Source of the DNA: Bdellovibrionales bacterium
Lineage (GTDB): Bacteria > Bdellovibrionota > Bdellovibrionia > Bdellovibrionales > JAKFYE01
Assembly: GCA_965116215.1 (NCBI GenBank)
Contig: OZ220494.1
Location: 1,563,992 to 1,627,991 of the forward strand
Reading direction: 5' to 3'
Length of the DNA stretch: 64,000 nucleotides
Shown here: positions 48,153 through 57,477 of the stretch, piece after piece
Layout of the letters: the number at the start of each line of letters is the position of its first letter
Position numbering within the stretch: position 1 is the stretch's first letter
Program-made: the position numbers and the translations under genes
The notes under the pieces: model-generated
Told to the model about the DNA's origin: nothing
The model's database searches: none
What the model saw: only the letters and a program-made list of their open reading frames with translations

Positions 48153-49832
48153 TTAGGCTATGAAACTTTTATTATCTAATTTTTTAGGTTTCTCTGCAAG
48201 TCTATTAAACTCTAAGATGAACTCAGTTCCTTTATTGATATCGCTGTTTACAAAAATCTGTCCTCCATGATGTTCAATAATCTTGTGAACTGTAGCAAGC
48301 CCGAGACCTGTGCCTCCTTTTTTTGTTGTTAAAAAAGGCTCAAAAAGTCTTGCTAGTATTTCTGGAGGCATACCTATGCCATTATCTTGGACAATGACGA
48401 CTAGAGTGCCTCTTTTTCGAAAATAACTTTTGACATGTAATATGGGGTTCTCTGTTTTATTCATTGCTTGATAACTATTAATAAAAAGATTTAAGAAAAC
48501 TTGCTTTAATTTATCATATGTTCCTTCAATTTGATGATTCGTATTTAATTCCAATTTGTGTTTTACATTTTTATTTAAATTTTCATTCATCTTTATCATC
48601 GAAAGGCATTCTAGGATTAATGTATTTATATCTATTGGATCAAAGCGTTCCTCCTCTTTTTTTGTAAAGTTTAGAAAGTCATTGATAAGCCCGTTTAATC
48701 TGTCAATCTCTCTTAATGTAATAGTCATAAGTTTATTATCTTCGGGAGATGCTTTATCTTTCATCAACTGTATACTTCCGCTAATACTAGCCAATGGATT
48801 TCGTATTTCGTGTGCAATGCTTGCTGATAATTGACCAATAGCAGCTAGCTTTTCTGATCGTCTCATAGCCTTTTCAAGCCGTTTAATTTGAGTGAGGTCT
48901 TCAAATATTAAAACATAGCCACAAAACAGACCTTCGCGATCATAGATAGAACATGAATTGATTCCTAAGAGCAATTTTTCATCTTTTGAGTTCACATAAG
49001 GCATTTCAAAACGTTCTGTTTTTTTCTCTTGATAAGCTGTTTTATAAACTTCAATCACTCGATCCATTTCCGGGTGAATCTGTTTAAGACTTAAACCTAT
49101 AATTTCCTTCTGATGTCCTAATATTTTTAAGGCAGACTTATTTGCGTGAAGGATTTGAAAATTTTTATCAATGGCCATTAAGCCAATTGTGAGGTTTTCG
49201 ACAATCATTTCATTTAAGTTTTTTAGGATTTTAATATCTTTTTCTTTTTTAATGAGAATATCGCCCATTAAGTTGAGCTGTTCACTTAAATGTCCACTTA
49301 GGGCAGCTATAACAAAGAATGCCAAGTTGTTAATGATTAAGGAAAGGTAAAGGCTTGGCCCCTCCAATTTGGAATCTAGAGCCAATAATAAACTGAAACA
49401 AATAGATGTTAGGAGAGATAAAGTAAAGGCACCGTGCTTTTGGAAAATGAATCCACATAGAATAATATTTACAAGATACATGAACAAAAATATGGGTTGT
49501 GCAATATCAGTATAGAAAATTAGCCCTGTGATAAAAAGAGTATCTATAAAAAATAAAAATGCAGACCAAATATGAGTGTGCTTTTTTTCTATAAAGAATA
49601 GATATAGAGAATGAATAATAAAATTTCCTGCCAACATACAGTATAAAGGTAGAATGACTTCTATATTTATAAACTCTGGTTGTTTTAGTTGAAAGAGAAC
49701 TGTCAGTAATGTAATAGTACTTAAAAATAAAATCCGTACTGTTTCAATGATAAGTAATCGCTTTTTAAATCTCTGGGAGTCTTTTTCGAGATCTGTGGTC
49801 ATATGAAATATTTGAAAAAATAATGACCTCAT
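48153..49832 (-). CDS. pilS: Sensor histidine kinase, PilS-like (about 6 TM helices, PAS, HisKA, HATPase_c)
   Basis: H-box SASIAHEIRNPLASI and G-boxes (DNGIGM; GGTGLGLATV). The likely start is the ATG at 49832 (MRSLFF), 4 nt after the pilC stop. The longest ORF (49880) would overlap pilC. Confidence 0.8.
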   Translation of the reverse strand: MRSLFFQIFHMTTDLEKDSQRFKKRLLIIETVRILFLSTITLLTVLFQLKQPEFINIEVILPLYCMLAGNFIIHSLYLFFIEKKHTHIWSAFLFFIDTLFITGLIFYTDIAQPIFLFMYLVNIILCGFIFQKHGAFTLSLLTSICFSLLLALDSKLEGPSLYLSLIINNLAFFVIAALSGHLSEQLNLMGDILIKKEKDIKILKNLNEMIVENLTIGLMAIDKNFQILHANKSALKILGHQKEIIGLSLKQIHPEMDRVIEVYKTAYQEKKTERFEMPYVNSKDEKLLLGINSCSIYDREGLFCGYVLIFEDLTQIKRLEKAMRRSEKLAAIGQLSASIAHEIRNPLASISGSIQLMKDKASPEDNKLMTITLREIDRLNGLINDFLNFTKKEEERFDPIDINTLILECLSMIKMNENLNKNVKHKLELNTNHQIEGTYDKLKQVFLNLFINSYQAMNKTENPILHVKSYFRKRGTLVVIVQDNGIGMPPEILARLFEPFLTTKKGGTGLGLATVHKIIEHHGGQIFVNSDINKGTEFILEFNRLAEKPKKLDNKSFIA

Positions 49833-49836
49833 TGGT

Positions 49837-51039
49837 TTAAAAGGCTCCAGCCATGTTAAATATAGGTAGATACATTGCAATAACTATAGTGCAAACTATA
49901 GCACCAACAACAATCATCATTATGGGTTCTATGATAGTTGTTAGAGCAGTCGCTGTATGTTCCACTTCCATTTCATAGAAATCTGCAATTTTAGATAACA
50001 TAACATCTAACTCTCCAGATTGTTCACCAATTTCTAACATTTGTATAACCATCTGGGGGATATACTTATTTGTTTTTAATGGAGTTATGAGGGTTTGTCC
50101 TCGAGTTATAGAATCTTTTGATTGTAGAAGTGAGTTTTCAATGAAACTATTTCCAGAAACCTTTGCTGAAAGATCCAGTGCCTCAATAATATCAATTCCA
50201 CTCATTAGCATAGTAGACATTGTGCGAGTAAATCTAGCTATTGCAGATTTTTGAACTAGAGAGCCAAGAATGGGCAGGCGAAGAAGGATATAATCGAATT
50301 GCTTCTTCCCTTCGTTCGAGTTTTTCCAGACAAAGAGGCTATAAATTAAAGCGCCGAAACCTCCGAAGATCAAATACCAATAGTCTATAAAAAGATGGGA
50401 TAGTCCTACAATGAACTCTGTGAGAAATGGCAAGTCTGTTTTTGAATTCTTAAAGAGGTTTTCAAATTTTGGAATAACAAAAACAAGTATAACAGAGAGA
50501 ATGATGGGGATAATAAACATTATAACGGCCGGATACCATAAAGCCCCACGAATTTTACCATTGATTCGTCGTCTTATTTCAACATACTCAGCCAATCTAC
50601 TTAAGACAACATCTAAAACACCACCCTCTTCTCCTGCACGAGTGAGATTAATAAATAATGTATCAAAAATATTAGGAAATTTTCCCATAGCATTCGCTAA
50701 TCTGGTTCCTGATTCAATGTCTTCTTTTATTTTTATAAGAGTGTGTTTTAAATTAGGCTTTTCTGTCGATTGTTGTAAACTTTCTAAACTTTGAACAATG
50801 GGGATACCAGAATTAATGAGCGTTGCGAATTGTCTTGAAAAAATCTGAAGGTCTTTGCTGCTTATTTTGCCCTGTGTTTTTTTCTCTGGGGATGTTTTTT
50901 CAATTTTTATTTTCACCGATATTGGAATGAGTTGTTGAGATCTCAATTTAATACGGGCTTCTGTTTCTGTTGTTGCAGAAAGGTTTCCTGTAATCATTTT
51001 GCCTTCAAGAGTTTTGGCTTGGAATGTATAAGTTGCCAT
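49837..51039 (-). CDS. pilC: Type IV pilus platform protein PilC (GspF family)
   Basis: 400 aa with two GspF repeats and 3 TM helices. The context is pilB-pilT-pilC. Confidence 0.9.
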   Translation of the reverse strand: MATYTFQAKTLEGKMITGNLSATTETEARIKLRSQQLIPISVKIKIEKTSPEKKTQGKISSKDLQIFSRQFATLINSGIPIVQSLESLQQSTEKPNLKHTLIKIKEDIESGTRLANAMGKFPNIFDTLFINLTRAGEEGGVLDVVLSRLAEYVEIRRRINGKIRGALWYPAVIMFIIPIILSVILVFVIPKFENLFKNSKTDLPFLTEFIVGLSHLFIDYWYLIFGGFGALIYSLFVWKNSNEGKKQFDYILLRLPILGSLVQKSAIARFTRTMSTMLMSGIDIIEALDLSAKVSGNSFIENSLLQSKDSITRGQTLITPLKTNKYIPQMVIQMLEIGEQSGELDVMLSKIADFYEMEVEHTATALTTIIEPIMMIVVGAIVCTIVIAMYLPIFNMAGAF

Positions 51040-52116
51040 TTAGAAACCAGCCTTTTTGATAAGACGGTCTAGTTCTTCTGGGTCAGGACTATGTTTAAAG
51101 GCTTCTTTAAGCTCTACTTTTCTCTTTAGAATCAAGTTGAGTAGAGATTGATTCATTGTTTGCATTCCTGTTTTGGCTTGTCCGACTTGCATGTTGCTAT
51201 ACACTTGATGCAATTTATCCTCTCTAATTAGATTTCGTATGGCCGGTGTCGGAACGAGCACTTCATAGGCCAGTTCAAGTCCTCCACTTTTTCCAGGTAA
51301 AAGTTGCTGAGAGATAATACCAACTAATATAAAGCTCATTTGTACTCGGACTCTATTTTGTTGCTCTGATGGGAAAACAGTAACAAGTCGACTTACCGTC
51401 TGAACAGCACTATTTGTATGTAGTGTTGTAAGGACAAGGTGACCTGTTTCTGCTAAGCGTAGGGCTTGCTCAATAGTTTCCAAGTCTCTGAGTTCTCCAA
51501 TGAGGCAGTAATTCGGATCTTGTCTTAAGAGGTGTTTCGTGGAATTTTGATAAGACCAGGTGTCAGGCCCTACTTCTCTTTGAGAGACAATGCTCTGTTT
51601 GTGGTGGTGAATATATTCTATAGGGTCTTCGATGGTAATGATATGACTTCTATGTTCTGCGTTGACCTTATCTATTAGAGATGCGAGTGTTGTCGATTTT
51701 CCTGACCCTGTTGGCCCTGTTACTAATATTAATCCATTGGGTGCATTTGTAAAATTTGCGACGGAAGAAGAAAGCCCTAATTGTTCAAAGTTAGGAATTT
51801 TATAGGGAACTCTACGAAAGGCACCTGACACCGCCCCTTTTTGATAGAATAGATTTCCTCTAAATCGTGCGGTCTGTTTCCATCCAAAACTGAAATCTAG
51901 CTCTTTTGTCTCTTCAAATCTTGCTTTTTGTTTATCTGTTAAAACAGAATAACAAAGACGTTTTGTATCTTCGCTTGTTAGCTTAGGGGCTTTTATTCTT
52001 AAGATCTGCCCCCCTATACGTACAATAGGTGCAGAACCTGTGACAATATGTAGATCTGTTGCATGCTCTTTATCAATAACAACTTTTAATATCTGTTGTA
52101 ATGTGAGGTTGATCAT
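51040..52116 (-). CDS. pilT: Twitching-motility retraction ATPase PilT
   Basis: Walker A GPTGSGKST, HIITIEDPIEY, RQDPNYCLIGELRD, and a His box (TGHLVLTTLHTNSA). Confidence 0.92.
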   Translation of the reverse strand: MINLTLQQILKVVIDKEHATDLHIVTGSAPIVRIGGQILRIKAPKLTSEDTKRLCYSVLTDKQKARFEETKELDFSFGWKQTARFRGNLFYQKGAVSGAFRRVPYKIPNFEQLGLSSSVANFTNAPNGLILVTGPTGSGKSTTLASLIDKVNAEHRSHIITIEDPIEYIHHHKQSIVSQREVGPDTWSYQNSTKHLLRQDPNYCLIGELRDLETIEQALRLAETGHLVLTTLHTNSAVQTVSRLVTVFPSEQQNRVRVQMSFILVGIISQQLLPGKSGGLELAYEVLVPTPAIRNLIREDKLHQVYSNMQVGQAKTGMQTMNQSLLNLILKRKVELKEAFKHSPDPEELDRLIKKAGF

Positions 52117-53849
52117 TTTAAGTCCTTAGTTGAGCTATTGATGACCTCACTTATTGTAATTTCGCCTTCTTTTAATTTTTTTAGAGCTGATTTTCTAAGT
52201 GTTTTCATTCCTGATTTGAGAGCACATCTTTTTAATTCCATGGGACTTACTCTTTGAAATACTAACTTTTTGAGTTTATCTGTGAATGTCATAACTTCAT
52301 AAATAGCCATTCTACCCTTAAAGCCCGTTCCATTACATTGATGACATCCTGTCCCTTTCATCACTTGAAATGTTCCAATTTCTTCTTTTGGTACTTCTAG
52401 ATCTATTAATACTTGAGGGTCCACTGAGATTGGGGTTTTACAGGAGTTACAAATTTTTCTCACAAGTCTTTGGGCCACAATAAGATTTATTGTCGATGTT
52501 ACAAGAAAAGGTTCTATACCCATATTTAATAATCTATTTACAGTTGAGGGTGCATCGTTTGTATGGAGAGTGCTCACTACAAGGTGACCTGTTAAGGCGG
52601 CCTTAAATGCAACTTCAGCCGTTTCCAGGTCGCGAATTTCACCCACCATTAGAATATCTGGATCTTGCCGTAGAAAGCTCCTTAATGCAGACGCAAAATT
52701 AAGGTCAATAGCAGAGTTCATTTGAACCTGATTAATGCCTTCTAGGTTGAATTCGACAGGATCTTCTGCGGTTGAAAGGTTCACATTGGGTTTATTAAGT
52801 TCTGCTAATGCAGAATAAATCGTTGTTGTTTTTCCTGACCCTGTGGGTCCTGTTATCAATACCATTCCATAAGGTTGATATATCCCATCTTGAAACGTAT
52901 CGAGTTGTTCTTGTGTAAATCCTAGACGAGTCATGTCTAATTGAAGAGTTGACTTATCTAATAGACGCATAACAACTTTTTCTCCAAATAACGTTGGGAG
53001 AACGCTGACACGAAAATCAATTTCCTGATTGTCTTTTAAAGTTATTTTTAATCGGCCGTCTTGAGGTCGTCGTCTTTCTGCAATATCCAACTTGCTCATA
53101 ACTTTTAAACGGCTAGTGACCGCACTGGCGATTTCGGAGCTGGGTTGGATTTTTTCATGTAATTGTCCATCAACACGAAACCGTATGCGGAATTTTTTTT
53201 CATAGGGCTCGATGTGAATATCTGATGCCTTGAGTTTAATGGCTTCACTTAACATGAGGTTGACAAACTTTATAATAGGCGGACTATTCTCTGATTTTTT
53301 TGTATCTATAGATGTAGATGTAGATGTAGATGTAGATGTAGATGTAGATGTAGATGTAGATGACATTTTTTCGACAAAAGTGTCTTTTTCTACTTCTGTT
53401 AATATCTCTTCATATCTTACTTCTGTTTGATAGTATCTTTCAATGGCACTTGTGATTTGAGCTTCTACAGAGAGAGCGATTTCAATTTTACAATGAGTGA
53501 GGAATGATAAATCATCTCGAACAGCTACATTAGATGGGTCAGCCATTGCTACAACAAGTGTATTAGAAGCTTTTGAAATGGGAATGAGTTTATTTTTTTC
53601 GCAGAAGTGGCGAGGGATAAGTTTGATAACCTCTGGGTCGATCTCAAAAGTTGATAGATTGATGGATGGAACAGAATATTGCTCAGACATAAATTCAATG
53701 AGCTGTTCTTCATTGACGTACCCTAGCTTTATAAGAGTTTCACCAAGACGCCCACCCATTGCCTTTTGTTCTTTGAGTGCTTGTTCTAATTGATGAATAT
53801 TAATAAAATTTTTGCGAACTAAGATTTCCCCAATATTTTTTGCACCCAT
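52113..53849 (-). CDS. pilB: Type IV pilus assembly ATPase PilB (GspE family) with an internal (Ser-Thr)8 linker
   Basis: N-terminal T2SSE_N/MshEN-like domain, Walker A GPTGSGKTT, LRQDPDILMVGEIRD, and a tetracysteine motif (CNSC...CHQCNGTG). Confidence 0.92.
   Translation of the reverse strand: MGAKNIGEILVRKNFINIHQLEQALKEQKAMGGRLGETLIKLGYVNEEQLIEFMSEQYSVPSINLSTFEIDPEVIKLIPRHFCEKNKLIPISKASNTLVVAMADPSNVAVRDDLSFLTHCKIEIALSVEAQITSAIERYYQTEVRYEEILTEVEKDTFVEKMSSTSTSTSTSTSTSTSTSIDTKKSENSPPIIKFVNLMLSEAIKLKASDIHIEPYEKKFRIRFRVDGQLHEKIQPSSEIASAVTSRLKVMSKLDIAERRRPQDGRLKITLKDNQEIDFRVSVLPTLFGEKVVMRLLDKSTLQLDMTRLGFTQEQLDTFQDGIYQPYGMVLITGPTGSGKTTTIYSALAELNKPNVNLSTAEDPVEFNLEGINQVQMNSAIDLNFASALRSFLRQDPDILMVGEIRDLETAEVAFKAALTGHLVVSTLHTNDAPSTVNRLLNMGIEPFLVTSTINLIVAQRLVRKICNSCKTPISVDPQVLIDLEVPKEEIGTFQVMKGTGCHQCNGTGFKGRMAIYEVMTFTDKLKKLVFQRVSPMELKRCALKSGMKTLRKSALKKLKEGEITISEVINSSTKDLK
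53311..53362. repeat. Hexanucleotide repeat (GATGTA)8, equal to (TCTACA)n on the coding strand and encoding (Ser-Thr)8 in PilB
   Basis: Eight perfect units counted directly. The repeat is in frame. Confidence 0.95.
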
Positions 53850-53870
53850 ATTTTATATTCCCCCCAAATG

Positions 53871-53886
53871 AGCCACTTTTGTGCCG
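53871..53886 (-). promoter_or_regulatory. Sigma-54-like promoter candidate upstream of pilB (CGGCAC-AAAAG-TGGCT)
   Basis: GG and GC are correctly spaced (GG-N10-GC), with 9 of 11 matches to TGGCAC-N5-TTGCT. It lies very close to the ATG, which implies a leader of only about 12 nt. Confidence 0.3.
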
Positions 53887-54003
53887 ATTGAAACTTGTTT
53901 TAGTAAAGAAGTTTCCTACCTATATTCTACATTTAGGTGACATTTTTTGTAACTAGAAAAAGGTCTTTAAAATTAAAATTTTTGAAATTCTGAAGGTCCC
54001 TAT

Positions 54004-54963
54004 TTATTTTATGGGCTTTTCTGTCGCCTTATTCAGAGTTTGGGTCTTTATATAGCTTATATCTTTTTTAATTTGTTTTGATAGTTTTTCTGCCGAAGAG
54101 AAAGCGATTTCATCTCGAATTCGATCTTTAAATTGAAAAGTGAGATCTTTTCCATATAAGTTTTCATTAAAATTTAATAAATGTACCTCTACCTTAGGAG
54201 TGGTGTTTAAGAAATGTTTGAATGTTGGACAATAGCCAATATTGGAAAGAGCATCAAAATACTTTCCGTTTATTTTGACTTGTCCATAATAGACCCCATT
54301 TTTAGGGTAAATTTCAGATTCTGTTTTGATGTTTGCCGTGGGAAAGCCCATTGAAGCTCCTCGTCCATCACCTCTTATAACAACTCCAGAAATATAAAAG
54401 GATCTTCCTAGAAGTATGTTGGCTTCAGAAATATTTCCTAACTGTATTTGTTTTCTAATTCGAGTACTAGATATTATTTTTTTCTTGTATGATATAGGGG
54501 GCTCAAGGATAAGTTTAATATCTAATTTTTTTAGAATATCCTTTAAATATTTTAGAGTCCCAGATCGCTCTTTGCCGAAGCTAAAGTCATAACCGGCAAC
54601 TATAACTTTAGGTTGGAGCTTTGGAATAATGAATTTTAATAAAAAATCCTCAGGTAATAGGAGGCTTAAGTCACGAGTGAAGGGCTGTATAATAAGATGT
54701 TGTATCTTCAGTTTTTCAAATGTACGTATTTGATCATCAAAACTAAAAATTCTTGTAACAGGGGCTTCGGGATTTAAAATTTTTCTAGGGTGGGGGTGAA
54801 ATGTAAAAACAACTGATTCAAAAGGGGGGTTTTTTTGGGCAACTTTTAACAGAGTTGAAATAATTTTGCGATGTCCTAAATGGATGCCATCAAAGTTTCC
54901 TAATGTGAGAATAGAACCTTTGAGTGGCCGAGGGAGGGTATGGACGTCTTTCCAAATGTGCAA
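54004..54963 (-). CDS. ribF: Bifunctional riboflavin kinase / FMN adenylyltransferase RibF
   Basis: N-terminal LGNFDGIHLGH and C-terminal kinase block (GRGASMGFPTANI...GVYYG...NIGYCPTF); TTG start. Confidence 0.92.
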   Translation of the reverse strand: MHIWKDVHTLPRPLKGSILTLGNFDGIHLGHRKIISTLLKVAQKNPPFESVVFTFHPHPRKILNPEAPVTRIFSFDDQIRTFEKLKIQHLIIQPFTRDLSLLLPEDFLLKFIIPKLQPKVIVAGYDFSFGKERSGTLKYLKDILKKLDIKLILEPPISYKKKIISSTRIRKQIQLGNISEANILLGRSFYISGVVIRGDGRGASMGFPTANIKTESEIYPKNGVYYGQVKINGKYFDALSNIGYCPTFKHFLNTTPKVEVHLLNFNENLYGKDLTFQFKDRIRDEIAFSSAEKLSKQIKKDISYIKTQTLNKATEKPIK

Positions 54964-55117
54964 AGGAACTCCTTTAAGGAATGTGGCTTCACTTCAATCT
55001 CCCTCTTTCCAAGAATTTTCAAAAGAAAACCTTATTTGTAAAGAGGGTTGTGCTTTAAAGGACATAAGATAATGATACACTGACAATAATTGCTACGAGA
55101 TGATGAATCTTTCTTTT

Positions 55118-55858
55118 TTAAAATAAGTCTGTCTCATCGTCATCATCATCTGTGGAAAGGTTATCATAGTCATCATCTATGAAGTCATTTTCCAGATCCT
55201 CAAGATCATCATAGTCATTTGATTGTAGGTCATCATCTGTGTTTTCAAAATGTCTTTCATCCATATCATCGAATCTTGAAGATATTTCTTTATTATCCTC
55301 ACTTTTTATCGTTCTTGTTGTTTCAAGATTGGCCAGAGGGTTGGTTATTGAATGTTTGGGAGGGTTTTCGTCTTTTGTAATTTCGGCAAGGCTTCGGACT
55401 GTGGGTTTATTGAACTCTTTTCGGGAGGTGGGTTTTTTAGAAGATTGTTTTTTCCCAGTTGTTTTTTTCTTTGTCTTTTTTTGGGTTAAGGTTTTGGTTT
55501 TCTTCCGAGAGGCCCTTTTTTTAGAAGCTCGTTTTTTCCCGGTCGTTTTTTTCTTTGCCTTTTTTTGGGTTAAGGTTTTGGTTTTCTTCCGAGAGGCCCT
55601 TTTTTTAGAAGCTCGTTTTTTCCCGGTCGTTTTTTTCTTTGCCTTTTTTTTGTTTAAAGATTTGGCTTTCTTTCTGGAGGTGGTTTTCTTTGAAGTTCGT
55701 TTTTTCCCGGTTGTTTTTTTCTTTGCCTTTTTTTTGTTTAAAGATTTGGTTTTCTTCCGAGAGGCCCTTTTTTTAGAATATTGGTTTTTCCCAGTTGCTT
55801 TTTTCTTTGCTATTTGTTTTCGAGTCTTTTTACTTTTTATTCGTCTCTTCTTGGCCAT
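55118..55858 (-). CDS. Lysine-rich, histone H1-like repeat protein with strongly acidic C-terminal tail
   Basis: The N-terminal ~150 aa are almost entirely K/R/T/S/A/G in 28-aa repeats (KKAKKKTTGKKRASKKRASRKKTKTLTQ). The C-terminal ~90 aa are D/E-rich and end in DDDDDETDLF. Confidence 0.75.
   Translation of the reverse strand: MAKKRRIKSKKTRKQIAKKKATGKNQYSKKRASRKKTKSLNKKKAKKKTTGKKRTSKKTTSRKKAKSLNKKKAKKKTTGKKRASKKRASRKKTKTLTQKKAKKKTTGKKRASKKRASRKKTKTLTQKKTKKKTTGKKQSSKKPTSRKEFNKPTVRSLAEITKDENPPKHSITNPLANLETTRTIKSEDNKEISSRFDDMDERHFENTDDDLQSNDYDDLEDLENDFIDDDYDNLSTDDDDDETDLF
55440..55815. repeat. 84-bp tandem repeat (about 4.5 units) encoding the 28-aa basic repeat
   Basis: The landmark TTAA(G/A)G(G/A)TTT(T)GG recurs at 55486, 55570, 55654 and 55738 (period 84). 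Confidence 0.85.
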
Positions 55859-55971
55859 TGTATGATCCTCTATTGAAAAATATGTTTTTATAATTAATAG
55901 AAAAGTCTATAAATGGGAGTGTCTATAAAAATCAATATTTTTTCTTTGATTTAAGGCTTCCGTCGTGAGAA

Positions 55972-57156
55972 TCAGGGGATGATATTATCTAAGGTCCGTG
56001 CTATTGATGGGGGGAAAATCAGTGCGAGATAGACCCCTCCCGACACGCCGCCACTAGATGGGACAAGAGCAAAATAGCCAATGGTTTGTCGCTTAGATTT
56101 TGTGTGAATAGGAAATCTGAGCCCTACTGGCCAGGAATAGTCTTCAATGGGATAATAGATCGCAAAGGCCCCTTTTCCCAGATAAAGATGAATAGTTTCA
56201 TTACCTTTGCTCAAATGTATTCCTACGCTGGGGAGTTCTCCTCCAGGAATTCCAGGCAAGGGTTGGCCGTTGGGTAATCTTTTAATAATGCCCCCTGGTG
56301 GACCATGGAAGACATAGGGTAATGGCATATAAATTTCCATGGCGGGAGTACCGTTCCTGTGGGTAAAGGTACTATAGGCCCCTGGCATTCCAGGAATCGG
56401 AGTGTAGGGTGCGGTCCCTCCCAGTGGGGGGATGAGGGTGGGTGCGCTCAGTATAACCGCATTGTTGCGCCTATCTAGCCGTATAACCTCATGGTTATAA
56501 AAGGGACCTCTATTGAGCCTATAGCTCATATCTAGCTGATCTAGTGGGTGAGTCGTTGTATAGCGATTGGGTGGGTTGCTGTAGTTATAAGGTGATCCGT
56601 TGTATCTATTATAGTTGGTGTAGGGATTGGGAGTATTGCGAGCATTGCGATTGTAATAGAAGTTGTTGTCGTAGGGATTGGGTGGGTTGCTGTAGTTATA
56701 AGGTGAGTCGTTGTATCTATTATAGTTGGTGTAGGGATTGGGAGTATTGCGATTGTAATAGAAGTTGTTGTCGTAGGGATTGGGTGGGTTGCTGTAGTTA
56801 TAAGGTGAGTCGTTGTATCTATTATAGTTGGTGTAGGGATTGGGAGTATTGCGATTGTAATAGAAGTTGTTGTCGTAGGGATTGGGTGGGTTGCTGTAGT
56901 TATAAGGTGAGTCGTTGTATCTATTATAGTTGGTGTAGGGATTGGGAGTATTGCGATTGTAGTAGGAATAGTCCTCATTGTCGTTATCGTCATTGTTGTT
57001 GTAGCCTTGGTGATCGCAGTGAGTTAGGGTCAATAGGCAGAGGGGTAAAAAGAGACTGAGGATCAGCCTTTTTGGTGTTTTATTACGGAAAATCATAAGC
57101 CAGAACTTCTTCTGGGCTTCAGTCGATGAATGCAAAAGATCTGTTGCAGAAATCAT
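55972..57156 (-). CDS. Exported (possibly lipo-) protein with Asn/Tyr/Pro-rich 34-aa tandem repeats and a Gly/Pro-rich C-terminal domain
   Basis: Signal-like LILSLFLPLCLLTLTHC, then four copies of YYNRNTPNPYTNYNRYNDSPYNYSNPPNPYDNNF. An alternative start is the ATG at 57096 (MIFRNKTPKR). Confidence 0.7.
   Translation of the reverse strand: MISATDLLHSSTEAQKKFWLMIFRNKTPKRLILSLFLPLCLLTLTHCDHQGYNNNDDNDNEDYSYYNRNTPNPYTNYNRYNDSPYNYSNPPNPYDNNFYYNRNTPNPYTNYNRYNDSPYNYSNPPNPYDNNFYYNRNTPNPYTNYNRYNDSPYNYSNPPNPYDNNFYYNRNARNTPNPYTNYNRYNGSPYNYSNPPNRYTTTHPLDQLDMSYRLNRGPFYNHEVIRLDRRNNAVILSAPTLIPPLGGTAPYTPIPGMPGAYSTFTHRNGTPAMEIYMPLPYVFHGPPGGIIKRLPNGQPLPGIPGGELPSVGIHLSKGNETIHLYLGKGAFAIYYPIEDYSWPVGLRFPIHTKSKRQTIGYFALVPSSGGVSGGVYLALIFPPSIARTLDNIIP
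56559..56965. repeat. 102-bp tandem repeat: three copies identical by eye (56649-56954) plus one variant copy
   Basis: The unit gattgtaatagaagttgttgtcgtagggattgggtgggttgctgtagttataaggtgagtcgttgtatctattatagttggtgtagggattgggagtattgc starts at 56649, 56751 and 56853. Confidence 0.9.
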
Positions 57157-57477
57157 TTCTCTGGTGTGTTCCCCTAAAAAGGAATCGGACTATGGTTGTA
57201 GGATTTTTACTTAATCTTATAAAGTCAGAGGGCCTTTTGCTTTGATATTTTAAAACTAGACATTCAGATGGGAGGTCAAACATGATTTTCATCCCAGTAC
57301 TTGTTGTAAAATACTTAAAATAGATCATTAGACAAAATATTTTTGAACCACTACTTAGCTAAAAGGCTTTTGATTTTGTCACAGGGATTAAGAGGAGAAA
57401 TGGTTATAAAACCTCAACGATGACTGTTCCCAACCAATAGGATGAAAAAGTTAATATATGAAGATTATGCCCTTAGC

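Noticed and set aside
55239-57059. Long antisense or alternative-frame ORFs (55239-55865 +, 56544-57059 +, 56541-56993 -)
   Set aside because: These are shadow ORFs created by low-complexity tandem repeats. The chosen frames have signal peptides, start contexts and non-repeat domains.
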